Shown piece by piece: positions 12,298 through 23,959 of a DNA stretch of 64,000 nt; positions within the stretch are counted from its first letter, which is position 1; the number at the start of each line of letters is the position of its first letter. The notes beneath the pieces were generated by a model, which was not told the origin of the DNA, made no database searches, and saw only the letters and a program-made list of their open reading frames with translations. The translations under genes and the position numbers were made by a program. Source of the stretch: Hemiscyllium ocellatum. Taxonomy: Eukaryota. The DNA lies in assembly GCF_020745735.1 (NCBI RefSeq), contig NC_083409.1, positions 12,281,423-12,345,422 of the forward strand, written 5' to 3'.

Positions 12298-13830
12298 TTC
12301 ATTCCCACTGGAATCCACCGGAATGGCTGCAGTTTCGTTCAGATGCTCAATGCCCGGGACTTGACGTGTGGTTCTCAGCAGCGGTACCAACACTCTATAG
12401 CCACTAGAGGGCAGCTGTTTCACTGACCCTGAACAGAACAAATGAACTGGGGTCCTGCTCGGGTCTAACCGGTTCAATCTGGAGAAATGAGGAGAGAGGG
12501 AGAGGGGGTGGGGGGGAAAGCTTCTGAACCAGGATATTTATCCCACCCCAATGAAATGTCCTCTGTGATTTGTTTGTCTTCAAAGTGTGTTTTTTTATTC
12601 ATTCTCTGATACACGGAGACAATGTCAGTACTGAGTGGGACAAAGTATATTTCCTCCTCCAACCCCTTTCCAACACACCCTCTCCATCTTGTTTTACTCC
12701 TTATTGCCTCTTCTACATTGTCCCTGTTCCCTCACTCCGCTCCGGTCCCTGAGGGATTGGTGGCCGGAGTTCATGACCCCGCACTGTGTGAAGGTTGGTG
12801 TGAAGTCAGGCCAGTGTGTTGGAGCTTGGGCTCCTGCCTCAGGCCCAGGTGTAGGGGCCTGTTCAACAATCTGCACAATGTTTTCGTTTTTCTTTCTGAT
12901 CACAGACATTTTAATATTGCTTAACAAACTAATGATGGAAATATGTCAGTGCCGGGATTATTTAACATCTTGGTCCTAGTTGTTAATGGACCCTCACACG
13001 TGATAACACAGTTTTCAATGTTTCTCTCCCCTTACGTGTTACGAAGAGCTTTGCAAACATGTTTTGATGAGGACAGTGTGTCTTCAACACCATGTGACGG
13101 AGTGGGTGGGTTTATGAATTCTCATCCCACTACGTCCACTTTCAAGGAAAACTACCTCCACTGACCCATTTCTTTGGCCGCCATTTGCAGCAAAAGCAAA
13201 TCTCTCCCTTTGCCAGCACAAAGAGAAGGTGCCTGTCAGATTCCCTCATGTGTGATGGTTTAGCCCAATAGGAGCATCACTGGTAGATCATGCTGTATCA
13301 GCCTGGACAGAAACCTGGGCAACCTCCAAATGAAAGGATGACCTTCAGTAGATCTACTGCCACATGAAATATGGAATTGGAATCCTTGTTCCCGAATCAC
13401 CTCATCAAAGCCAAATACAACTGAGAAAATATAAACCAAACCAACTTCCCAAGGTCATTCATCAGAACATAACAAGAAATTGGTTAACAGACAGTTACTG
13501 TCTCCTTTCTCTGGAGAGTGTCACTGTAACTGTCCCCCCTCTCTCAGGGGAGTGTAGTTGTTCCTCTCCCCTCCCTCTTTGGGGCCATGCCATTTTGAGC
13601 ATCCTTTCTGTCTGAGGATGTGACTGTTCCTGTCCCCCAACTCTCTCAGCGTCAGGGAGGGGCTTGACAGCAACCTGGTTTGTTAATTCCATTTACTTTC
13701 TTGTGAAATGGGTAATCCCTGCTTCACTATACTGACCCGTGTGTCAATACCCGGTACAGCTCACCCTCCATCTCAATCAGATCACAGGGTCTAAGGTTGG
13801 TCAGTACTGTCTGGCCCCAGAACAATAACA
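12298..13830 (+). repeat. Segmental duplication block X, copy A (copy B 21179-23800, interrupted by CR1 and a short repeat)
   Basis: Collinear homology: attcccactggaatcca (12301/21182), 12600-12880 with 21605-21890, 12900-13130 with 23210-23470, 13500-13830 with 23490-23800. About 80% identity overall. Confidence 0.9.
12398..12416 (+). promoter_or_regulatory. CTCF-binding motif
   Basis: TAGCCACTAGAGGGCAGCT matches the CTCF core CCASYAGRKGGCRS. The paralogous position 21280-21294 is decayed (GTTACTGGAAGGCAG). Confidence 0.6.
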
Positions 13831-15059
13831 CTGACTGACTGGAGACAACCCAGATCAAGTCCCAATAAGAGTGTTATTTACCTTCACACTCAAAGCCCAC
13901 CGAGAAGGTGGTCATCAGTCTCTAATGTTGTCGCAGTGTAATGTTTCCCAGAGAAGGAGGAGTCAGTCTAAGGGAGGGATGTTGTGAGGAGACAGATGGG
14001 AAGGCATGGAGAGGAAACAAAAAGGAGAGAGAATTGTATTTCTGTTACACCATTCATGAGCTCATGATGTTCAATGCTGTTTACAGTCAATGGAATACTT
14101 CTGATGTGGAGACAATGTTGTAATGTGGGGAATGCATCAGCCCATTTACTCTCAGCAGGCTCCCACAATAACAGCGAGCTATTGACCAGGACATTGGGGC
14201 TAGGATACGGAGCAGAGAATGGAAGAGGCTGGAAAATAAAACCCAAGCAGTCAGTAAGGCCTGAGTATTGGCTGGGTAGGAGGGAGATGGCAAAGCAAAG
14301 GGGCTTCTTAAAATTCATTCATGAGATGTGGGCATCACTGGTTTTGCTGGCATTTTATACCCATCTCTAGCTGCACTGTGAAGGTGGTGGTGCACTGCCT
14401 TCTTGAACTGCTGCAGTCCATGTACTGTAGAAAGACCCACAATGCTCTTTGGGAGGGATTTCCAGATTTTTTTTCCCAGTGACAGTGAAGGAATAATGAT
14501 ATATTTCCAAGTCAGGGCGGTGAGTGACCGGAAGGGGATGTTTCAGGGTGTGATGTCCTTATTTGTCTGTTGCCCCTATTCTTTGAGATGGAACTATTGG
14601 TGGGTTTGGAAGGTGCTATCTCAAGGAAGATTGGTGAGCTGGTGGTGATGGTACAGCTGGCTGAAAATGATCACCTCTCCACAGCCAGTGGTCACTCCCT
14701 TTCCTTTTATATCAGTGAAACCTGTCAATAAATGACTTCTAGTCAGTAATAGCAACAATAACAATTTGTATTGATATAACATCTTTAATGTAGGAACCAT
14801 CCAAAAGTTGGGCACATATAGTGTTTTTGCTGATGACCAAAAGAAGACAAAGAACTCGTTTGAAGAAGTGAGAGGGGTTTGTGGAGGAAATCCCCGTGCT
14901 GAGGGCCTGGGAGACTGAAGGCACAGCTGCCAGTCATGAGGTGGAAGGCCAGACTGGAGGGTTTGGGAGATGGGGGAGGGATTGAGGATAACCGAGTGGT
15001 CCATTATATCACCTCCCCACCTGCTGCAGCAGGAGACTGGGGAGAGGAATTGGGAGGAG

Positions 15060-15226
15060 AAAGTGAGGTCTGCAGATGCTGGAGATCAGAGCTGAAAATG
15101 TGTTGCTGAAAAAGCGCAGCAGGTCAGGCAGCATCCAAGGAACAGGAGACTCGACATTTCGGGCATAAGCCCTTCCTCAGGAAGAAGGGCTTATGCCCGA
15201 AATGTCGAATCTCCTGTTACTTGGAT
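15060..15226. mobile_element. Short Penelope-associated element with ~94-bp palindrome
   Basis: Arms 15133-15175 and 15184-15226 are reverse complements with 2 mismatches in 43 bp. A related one-armed copy lies at ~9140-9235. Confidence 0.75.
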
Positions 15227-16010
15227 ACAGAGAGGAATCAGGAGGCTGGGCAAGGCACCACCCAGAGGCTGGAGGCTGCTACTGCAGGCAGTCTCCAAAC
15301 CAGTTCTCTCTGAGGAAATGGCACTGGAGCACACAAGACCATGGGAAATAAGAGCAGGAGGAGGACTCCAATGCCAGACCATGCTTTCGTAAGTACAGGG
15401 ACCAAAACTGCACACAGTACTCCACGTGCAGACTCACGAACACCTTGTACAGTTATAACAAGGTTTCTCTACTTTAACATTCCAAGCCAAGCAATAAAGG
15501 CCTCAATTCCATTCACCTTCTCAATGACTTGCTGCACCTGCACTAACTTTTTGTGTTTCTTGCAGAAAAACACCCAGATCCCTCTGCACTGCACTTTGCT
15601 AGAATCTCACACCATTTAAATAATAATCTGTATTTTGATTATGCCTACTGAAGTGCATGACCTTCCACTTTCTGTCTTTAAACTCCACCTACTGTGTATT
15701 AGTGTCTCATTTCTAGTTTGGTCTTCTCTATGTGATTGTCCGTCTCTGTGTATCTGCCCGTACCATGTCCCATTCCCATTTGCTTACGGCCCAGAGACTT
15801 GGGTGTCCAGCCCTTTCCTGCTGGTTCCATTCAATATTGAACAGCTTCCTCGAGACAACGTAGCCCAGCATGTCATCCCCTCCTTCAACTGGGATTTTCC
15901 TTGCTGTCCATTCCTTGGCACATTCAAGGCTCGGAGAGTTACTTCATGACTCGGTCCCAGACTCTGTGACAGGGGGAGGGGGTGGGAACAGAGGGAGATC
16001 CAGGCTGCAT

Positions 16011-16311
16011 GACTGGGGAGTAAGGGGGAGACCCAGGGTCCAGGCTCCGTGACTGCGGAGTGAGGTGGAGACTCAGGCCCAGGGTCTGTGACTGGGGAGT
16101 GAGGAGGAGACCCAAGGCCTAGGCTCCGTGACTGGGGAGTGAGGTGGAGACCCAGGGCCCAGGCTCCGTGACTGGGGAGTGAGGTGGAGACCCAGGGCCC
16201 AGGCTCCGTGACTGGGGAGTGAGGTGGAGACCCAGGGCCCAGGCTCCGTGACTGGGGAGTGAGGGGGAGACCCAGGGCCCAGGCTCCGTGACTGGGGAGT
16301 GAGGTGGAGAC
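16011..16311 (+). repeat. 40-bp G-rich minisatellite, ~7.5 units
   Basis: Unit GACTGGGGAGTGAGGTGGAGACCCAGGGCCCAGGCTCCGT; units 4-7 are nearly identical. Confidence 0.95.
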
Positions 16312-16894
16312 TGCTAGATGATGGTGGGCTGTGAGAAACAAATGACAGTCGGCAACTGGAGGCCTTCACTGCTTTTCAAAATTAGTCCTAAGGCAAGTTT
16401 TCCACTCATCTCAGAGGGCTGGTGTTTTGACAGGGTTAATGGCTTCTCCAAAAGTCTGTCGTGTGAGAAAGCAGGATTCCCCTTCCTGTGTACGTCACAA
16501 TGTTAAAGCACAACACCATTCCCAAATCTCTGGCACAGTCCTTGAAACTACATCATTTTGGTTGGAAGCAGAGAGCACAGGCTGGTCATGCTGTGTACCC
16601 CATCAGAAAGGCCTGTGTGTGATCAGTTATACTGTATGGTATGCTCACAGACTGGGTGGCTAGGAGCTGGGCAATTGAATACAGCTCCATATCCTGAGCA
16701 AGATGTGCTCCCCCTCCCCTCCACCATCTCCAGCTGGCTGAGATTGGGAAAGAGGATCCGAGTGTCCGATTGTACTGTCCGCAAGCTTGTATGTCAGCCA
16801 AGTGGATCGAACAGAATATGAATTCCCTGATTGGGGTGGATAATCTGATCCATTCAGGGAGATATGGCTGACAGAAATAAACAGAGCCACACAT

Positions 16895-17040
16895 CAAATG
16901 ACACCAGGTTATAGTCCAACAGATTTTTTTTGAAATTCTTCACATGACTAAGGAGCAGCAACCTGATTTCAAATAAACTTGGTGAACTATAACCTGGTGT
17001 TGTGTGAATTCTGACTTGTCCACCGCAGTCCGACACCACA
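16895..17040. mobile_element. Short palindromic interspersed repeat (related copies ~21320-21430, 24325-24405, 31700-31790)
   Basis: acaccaggttatagtcc ... aactataacctggtgt inverted pair. Confidence 0.65.
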
Positions 17041-17429
17041 TCAGAAAGAAACAGGAGTGTCAGACATCCTGTTTGCTCTGAGAGCTGCCTCTGAAGGAGC
17101 TGGGTCAGTGTCAAGGACCCTCCACATGACGGGCTACTGGCCTCTATGCAGTTGTTACAGTAACAGTGGGACCCACACTGACAGACACACACCTACAGAC
17201 AGCATTGAATGACAGTCACACCCACACTGACCAACATACCAACAGACAGTTTTGGGTAAATGTCACACCCATAAGGGGCATGTATGTCATGAGATCCTGA
17301 CTGATGCTCTCTCTGAACTAAGACCTCACTCTGTTCAGTTTTGAGCTGTCGCTGTGAGGAACAGGGTCAGGTGGGAGAAGTGAACGTCACGACTGCAGCG
17401 TCCAGCATCTGTGACTGGCCTAAGTTCAT

Positions 17430-17740
17430 TTCAGGTGTTACCCAGCAGCAGAGAGGGCACAGTGCGATCACACCAGCTGAGTCTGGACCAACAGTTTGAA
17501 GAGGGAATGTCTCAGACTGTAATGATTCAGCCCCAGCAGCTTTCAGTTTCTGTTTTGTTTGGAATCTAGTAAACTCAACAGATTCCCAAACAAAGGGATC
17601 ACTTGGAAATGATTGATGATTGGCTGTCAGTCCAAATTTCAGCCAATGTGTCATTCATTGACAGGTCAAGCAGCCAATCATGACAATCATTTGCTGACAC
17701 TCTGCCAATCACCTGAGGGGGCGGTGGGACATTTCCAAAG
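17430..17740. promoter_or_regulatory. Candidate cis-regulatory module 3' of C2 (paralog 32650-32950 3' of C3)
   Basis: CAGGTG 17432, CAGCTG 17474, TTTCAGTTTC (GAAANNGAAA) 17541, ATTGG 17619, CCAAT 17643/17674/17705, GC box 17717, GGGACATTTCC 17726. Both E-boxes, the IRF-like site and three CCAAT boxes are retained in the diverged paralog. Confidence 0.55.
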
Positions 17741-18214
17741 CACTCACAAGACAGAGACTGAATCTTCATGTTTATTCCCTTTCCCAAGTTGTCATCAACA
17801 GAAAAAACTGTAATAAACAGCCCAGACAGAGGAAGTTGTACACGTTCATAGTCACAATGGAGGCTGAGGAAAACACTTGCGGAGATTTTCTCAATAACAT
17901 GAGAATCCTGTCCCTTTAAACAGTGACAAAACCTTAAATTGGAACTGGCGGCTGAGCAGGAAGGAGATCTGGTTTACTGAAACAGAGACTTCTGAGGTTC
18001 ACATTGTTTTGTACAACTGACAGTCTTCAGCAACTTCAAATGATTTTACATGGCATCACATGTCATCCCTGTTCTCATCAAACACTCACTGGTCAAGGAC
18101 AGCGACGTTTTGATTCAGATTAAAGCTCCTTCTCCACTGTCCCAATGAACTGGCGTGAGCCCTGAACCTCAGAAGTGTCTCTGAGCCAGTCCTGAGAAGA
18201 AAGAGAGTTGAAAT

Positions 18215-18608
18215 TCAGTGCTGACAATGACCTTTGTCCTGCCAGCTCAGCCCTGTTCTATTTAAAGTTGTGTCTCCTCTGTGGACTGTCCCCAACACTC
18301 TGATGCTCTTGCTGAGGGGAGAGGGGAGGGTCACGTGGGTGAGGGCACAGGAGAAGTGAGCGTTGGCCTCCCAGTCAGACCCAGAGAGGGTCAGCAGGCT
18401 GCTGACACTGTAGGTGCTGTCCGCAGCTCGCAGGTAGTTGCTGGTCTGAACCCCATCTGAAATGACTGCACCGTCCTTCTTCCACTGCACCTCCAGCTCA
18501 TCGGGATAGAAGTGATTGGCAAGGCACACCAGGGTGGCAGTGCCCTTGGCATTGACCTGCTCTGGGGAGGGGGGCAGCAGGGTCAGCCTGGGCTGTGAGT
18601 TCTCATGG
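18215..18608 (-). pseudogene. IGKC: Ig kappa-type constant exon, copy C2, with read-through tail
   Basis: Complete C1-set domain HENSQPRLTLLPPSPEQVNAKGTATLVC...FSCALTHVTLPSPLSKSI. 13 nt precede CAGCCC (1 nt lost at the acceptor). A 19-nt deletion at 18300/18301 removes RSECV and the stop, so the frame runs to TGA at 18215. Confidence 0.93.
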
Positions 18609-21600
18609 CTGAAAGACAAGAGAAACAATTTTAGTCCCTGCCATTTGGCAGGATTTTCAACTCTCCAAACATTAACTAGTAGAACTAGTAGTTTGAACAT
18701 TTGTATCCAATACAGAACAAACCGAACAAAAGAATGGCCGTTTGTTAAAATTCCTTTTTGCTGGTGCAGTTTGAAGTCCCCCACCCAGTGTACACTCTGT
18801 GTTCAACGTGGCCGAGAGACTGATTCATCAGCCGAGGGAGAACAGTACATGGTAATCAGCGGGAGAATTCATAGTATCATACAGAATAGAAGAGGCCCTT
18901 CGCCCCATCAGGTCTATGTCACCAACGCAACACTAAATCAACACAACACCCACATTCCAGAAGTGGGCCCATAATCCTAAATGTTCAGTCATTTCAGGTG
19001 CTCATCCAAGTACTTTGTGGAGGTTGTGAGGTTTCCCACCTCAACTCTCCTCCCAGGCATTCCCGACCCCCACCCTCTGTGAAAAAGCGTTTCCTCAAAT
19101 CCCCTCTAAAGCTGCTGCCTTTCACATTGAATGTGAGCCAACTTGTTCTTGACCCTCCCAGTCAGGGGTACAGCTATTTACTATCACCCTGTCTATTCCC
19201 CTCATAACCTTTTCCCCCTCCATCAGGATCCCCCCCCCCCCACTCCCCAAACCTTCTCTGCTCCAAAGAAAACAGCAGGAGCTTATTCATCCTCTTCACA
19301 TCTGAAATGTTCCATCCCTGGGAACATTCTGGTGAATCTCCTCTGCATTCCCTCTAGTGTAATCACATCCCTCCTGCAGTGCGGAGACTACAACTGCACA
19401 CAATGCTCCAGCTATGGCCTAACTACTGTTCTGCATTGCTCTAACATATCCTCCATGCTCTTTTAATCTGCACCTAAAATGATTAAGGCAAGTACCCCCC
19501 GATCGCCTTCATAACTGCCCTGTTAGCATTTTACATCTTCAAAAGTGCATCACCTCACATTTATCTGGTTTAAATTCCATCTGCCTCAGATCTGCCCGTC
19601 TGACCAATCTGGTTATATCCTGCTGTAACTGAAAACCTTCTTCTTCACTGTCAACCATCCGACCAATCTTCACATCAAGCACAAACCCAGTTATCATCCA
19701 CCTCCACATTCCCTTCGGCATTGTTCCTGTATATCACGAGCAATGTGGGACCCAACACTGATCCCTGTGATATCCCACTGCACCCTGGACCCAGTCACAC
19801 AAACAGCCTTCTAGCATCACCTTCTGTCACCTGTCACAAAGCCAAGTTTGGATCCAACTTGCCAAGTTATCCTGGGTCCCATAGCCTTGTATATCTCCTT
19901 TATCAGTCTCCCAAGTACAACCTTGTCAAAGGCCTTACTGAAATTCATATAAACCTCCGGCACCTCCCTCATCCACACAACTGGTCACCTTCTCGACAAA
20001 ATTCCAAAAGATTTGTTGGGCATGGCCTCCCTCTGACAAAGCCGAGCTGACTACCCCAATATGGAGATTCATTCGACCTTCAGAATTTTCTCCAATTGTA
20101 TCCCTACCGCTGATGAGACACCCACTGGTTTCCTTGTCCATATCTGGCCTGATGCCATGTGACTTCATCAGGCCTGGAGTCAATGTTGAGGATTTCCAGG
20201 GGTCACTCCCTCCTGGCTCTATATCACTGTGTCATCACCTCTGCTGAGTCTTTCCTGCTGGTGGGACAGGACCTACACAAGGGATGGTGAAGGTGGTGCC
20301 TGGGACACTGTTCGGTATAATTATGTGAATATGACTGTCAGGCTGTTGCTTGTCAGTCTAGTCTGTGAAACAGCTCTCCTGAATTTGACACTAGCCCGCA
20401 GATATTAGTAAGGAGGATGCAACAGGGTCGACAGGGCTGTGTTTGATGTTGTTTCCGGTGCCAAGTTCGAGGCCAGGTGGCCCATTAAGTTTCATTCGGT
20501 TTCTGAGACTTCCCAGCGATTGTTAGAATGGAGGGCCTTGCTCGGCCATTGCAGAAGGTGGTTAACAGTTAACCTCATTGCTATGGGTCTGGAGTCACGT
20601 GTAGGCCAGACAAGGTAAGGACGGCAGATTTCCTTCCTGAAAGGACATCGGTCCTTCGCCTCAATATCGCTTTAACATAACCCTGATCACTCACAGATCA
20701 GAACTACTTTATCCGAGAACATTGGAGCAGACTTGAATCAACGCACTTCAGGAAGGAGTCACGTTGGAAGAGCAACAAACAAGGATGGAGATGGAGACGT
20801 GGAGCTTCAAATACTGATCTTTGTACTTTGGTGGCACGCTTTGATGGCTGTTTGTTAGATCTTTGCGTATATTTTTTTTGCTGATCCCACTGCTAATCCG
20901 AAGGACACTCCACCCTTCAGTCTGACAAACCAGATTCACCACCTTGCAGTCTGACAAACCAGGTTCACCCATTTCCAGGCTCTGTTTCTGGGCAAGGCTC
21001 CAGTCTTTCAAAGAGATGAATTCAAGCCTCACCAGTTTGATCATTTGAATTGTATGCCATTTATTTTGATTCCTCCTGGGATGGGGTGGGCGTTGAGTGT
21101 CGGTTATTTGTTGCTCTTCCTGAATTGTCCTGGAGATGGCGATGGTGAACCAAGTAATATCTGGGAAGCAAATGACAGGTCATTCCCACTGGAATCCACT
21201 GGAATGACTGCAGGTTTGTTTGTGGCTAATGGAAGGAGGTATTACCCATAATCCTCAGCAGCAGTGCAAGTACTCTATAGTTACTGGAAGGCAGCTGTTT
21301 CACTGTGCCCGCACAATACAAAGTCAGAAGTCACACAACACCAGGCTCCAGCTTAACAGGTTAATTTGAAATCACAAGTTTTTGAAGCGCTGCTCCTTCG
21401 TCAGGTGTACCCCAGTCCACCATCGGTACCCCCACATTACTGAACAGTACAAATAACTAGGGCTCTGCGAGGATCCAACCGGCTCAATCTTAGAGAGTAC
21501 AGCTCTCGAATCAGGATGCCACAATGAAAATGTCCTGCATGCTGTGATATATCAAAAAGAAATACATTGATGTGACTTTAGATTGTCTTCAGATTGTGCT

Positions 21601-21914
21601 TTTTTTCATTCTATGATACATGTAGACAATGTCAGTATTGTCGGTATCACAAAGAATGTTCCCTCCATTAAACACTTTCCAACACACTCTCTCCATCTTG
21701 CTTTACTCCTTATTGACTCTTTGACATTGTCCCTGTTCCCTCACTCCGTCCCGGTCCCCGAGGGATTGATGGCCGGAGTTCATGACCCCGCACTGTGTGA
21801 AGGTTGGTGTGAAGTGAGGCCAGTGTGTTGGAGCTTGGGCTCCTGCCTCAGGCCCAGGTGTAGGGGCCTGTTCAACAATCTGCACATTGTCTTTTTTCTC
21901 TTTCTGAATGAACT

Positions 21915-23065
21915 GGATAAAGTTGCGTTCACGAGCTGGCAACAAGGTGTCTTGTCTAAAATGTTCCCAGCATTGGGCACAGATCTAGGTTAGTCACAGG
22001 AGACAAAGGGTAACGCTGGAAGAACGGTTTTCAGAATGGAGGGCTGTGACTAGTGATGTTCCACAGGAATCAGTGGTGGGAACTCTCCTGTTCATGATGT
22101 CCATAAATGATTTGAAGCAAAGCGTAGCTGGTCCAATGAGTAAGTTTACGGTTGATACAAAGATTGGTAGAGTTGCAGATAATGAGAAGGATTGTTGGAG
22201 GATACAGCAGGATATTATATCAGTTGGATGCATGGACAGAAAAATGGCAGATGTAGTTTAATGCAGCCAAATGAGAGGTGGTGCACTTTGAAAGGTGATG
22301 GACAGGTGGGAATTATACAGTGAATGGCAGAATCCTTTGGAGTATTGATATGCAGAGGGATCTGGGTGTGTATGTTGACAGATCACTGAAGGTGGCAGCA
22401 CAGGGAGGTAAGGCAATAAAAAAGGCTTATGGCCTGCTTGCCTTCATTGGAAGGGGCATTGATTATAAGGATAGACAAGTTATGCTGCAGCTTTATCGAA
22501 CATTAGTTAGACCACACTTGGAATATTGCACTCAGTTCTGGTCACCACACTACCAGAAGGATGTGGATGTTTTGAAGATGGTGCAGAAAATGTTTACCAG
22601 GATATTGTCTGGTATGGCGGATAGTAGTCCTGAAGAAAGGTTGGTTAGACAAGGTTTGTTTTCACTGGAATGTGGAAAAATGAGGCATGTCCTGGTAGAA
22701 GTTTATAAAGTTGTGAATGGGATATGTAGAGTGGAGAATATGAGGCTTTTTTCCCCAGGGTGGAGGGGTCACTTATTGGGAACAGAGGTTCAAAGGGTGA
22801 GGGAATTAAAAAGAGATGTGCGTGGCAAGTATTTCACACAACGGGAGTTGAATACCTGGAACACACTGCCAGAGGAAGGGGTGGAAGCAGACATAATAGA
22901 AATATTCAAGAAATACCTGCACAAATGCATGAATAGGAAGGGAATATAGGGATATGAATCCTGTAGGTGAAGACAGTTTCAGTGAGGAAGGGCACAATGT
23001 GCCAGCACAGGCTTGAAGGGCCGAAGGGCCTGTTCCTGTGCTGTATTGCTCCTTGTTCTTTGGTC
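21915..23065 (+). mobile_element. CR1 RT 3' fragment inserted in duplication block X copy B
   Basis: VTSDVPQESVVG, RDLGV, RPHLEYCTQFWSPH, 3' tail. Block X homology resumes at ~23210. Confidence 0.9.
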
Positions 23066-23959
23066 CCTGCTGTTGAATTGGATTCTCGGGAGCCAGCTCC
23101 GTATGAAGAGCCTGTTCTCATTCTTTTGTTGGAGTTCATGGGGCAGCTGCTGCTTCCTTGTTACGTCACTGATCAAACCAACAATGGGGAAAGCCTCTTG
23201 ATATTTTAAATTCACTGTCTGCAGGAAAATGTTTGACCGAGGTTTTAATATTGTTTAATAAGATAATGACGTCAATACACCAGTGTTGTTTACGGCTGGG
23301 AACATTTAACATCATAGTCTTCGTTTCAAACGGACTCTCACTCATGATAATACAGTTTTCAATGTTTCTCTCCCCGACGTGTTGTGAAGAAGTTTTTAAA
23401 CATGTTTTGCTGAGGACAGTGCATCTTAGCACCGTGTGATGGAGTGGGTGTCTGTTTGAATTCTCACTTGTGATAATACAGTTTTAAATGTGTCAGTGTT
23501 ACTTTCCCCACTCTCTGGGGGGAGTCGTTGTCACTGTCTGCACTCACCCTTCACTCTCGGGGTGATACCATTTTTAGCATCCTTTCTGTCTGAGAATGTC
23601 CCTGTTCTTGTCCCCCTCTCTCAGGGATGGGGTGGATATTTCACATGCACCTGGTATGTTAGTTCCATTTACTCTCTTGTGAAATGGATAATTCCTGTTT
23701 TACTCTGGTAACAGTGAGTTAAAGCCCGGCACCGTTCACCCTTCATCTCCATCATATCTCAGGGCCTAATGTTGGTCAGTACTGTCTGGGCCCAGAACAA
23801 TCCCACCACTTCCTGCAGTTTTCCTTCTTTCCTATCTTTACTGAACACCTTGTATCCAGGAATCCCCAGTCCCGCCCGAACTCTGTTAGAGCCACAGCAT
23901 CTGATTCCCACTTGGCAATCTGCATCTGTAACTCCCCAATACTGTATTATTGACCCATT

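Noticed and set aside
13290-13335. YQPGQKPGQPP resembling Ig V framework 2
   Set aside because: No preceding Trp in frame, no Cys23/Cys88, no YYC and no RSS nearby.
13170-13500. FAAK / AQRE / VIHQNITRNWLTD as a kinase N-lobe and catalytic loop
   Set aside because: K-to-H spacing (89 codons) is suggestive, but matches are short, frames change, and the position relative to block X conflicts with the clearer remnant at 24 kb. Not supportable without a profile search.
13495-13692. NQVAVK kinase-like motif on minus strand
   Set aside because: Not conserved in the paralog (YQVHVK) and no glycine-rich loop upstream.
14300-14330. LKFI resembling the RNase L DLLKFIRN motif
   Set aside because: Falls on the boundary of a common LINE 3' end (attcattcatgagatgtgggcatcactgg), so coincidental.
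15784-16369. Long ORFs (185 aa, 98 aa)
   Set aside because: Translation of the 40-bp minisatellite.
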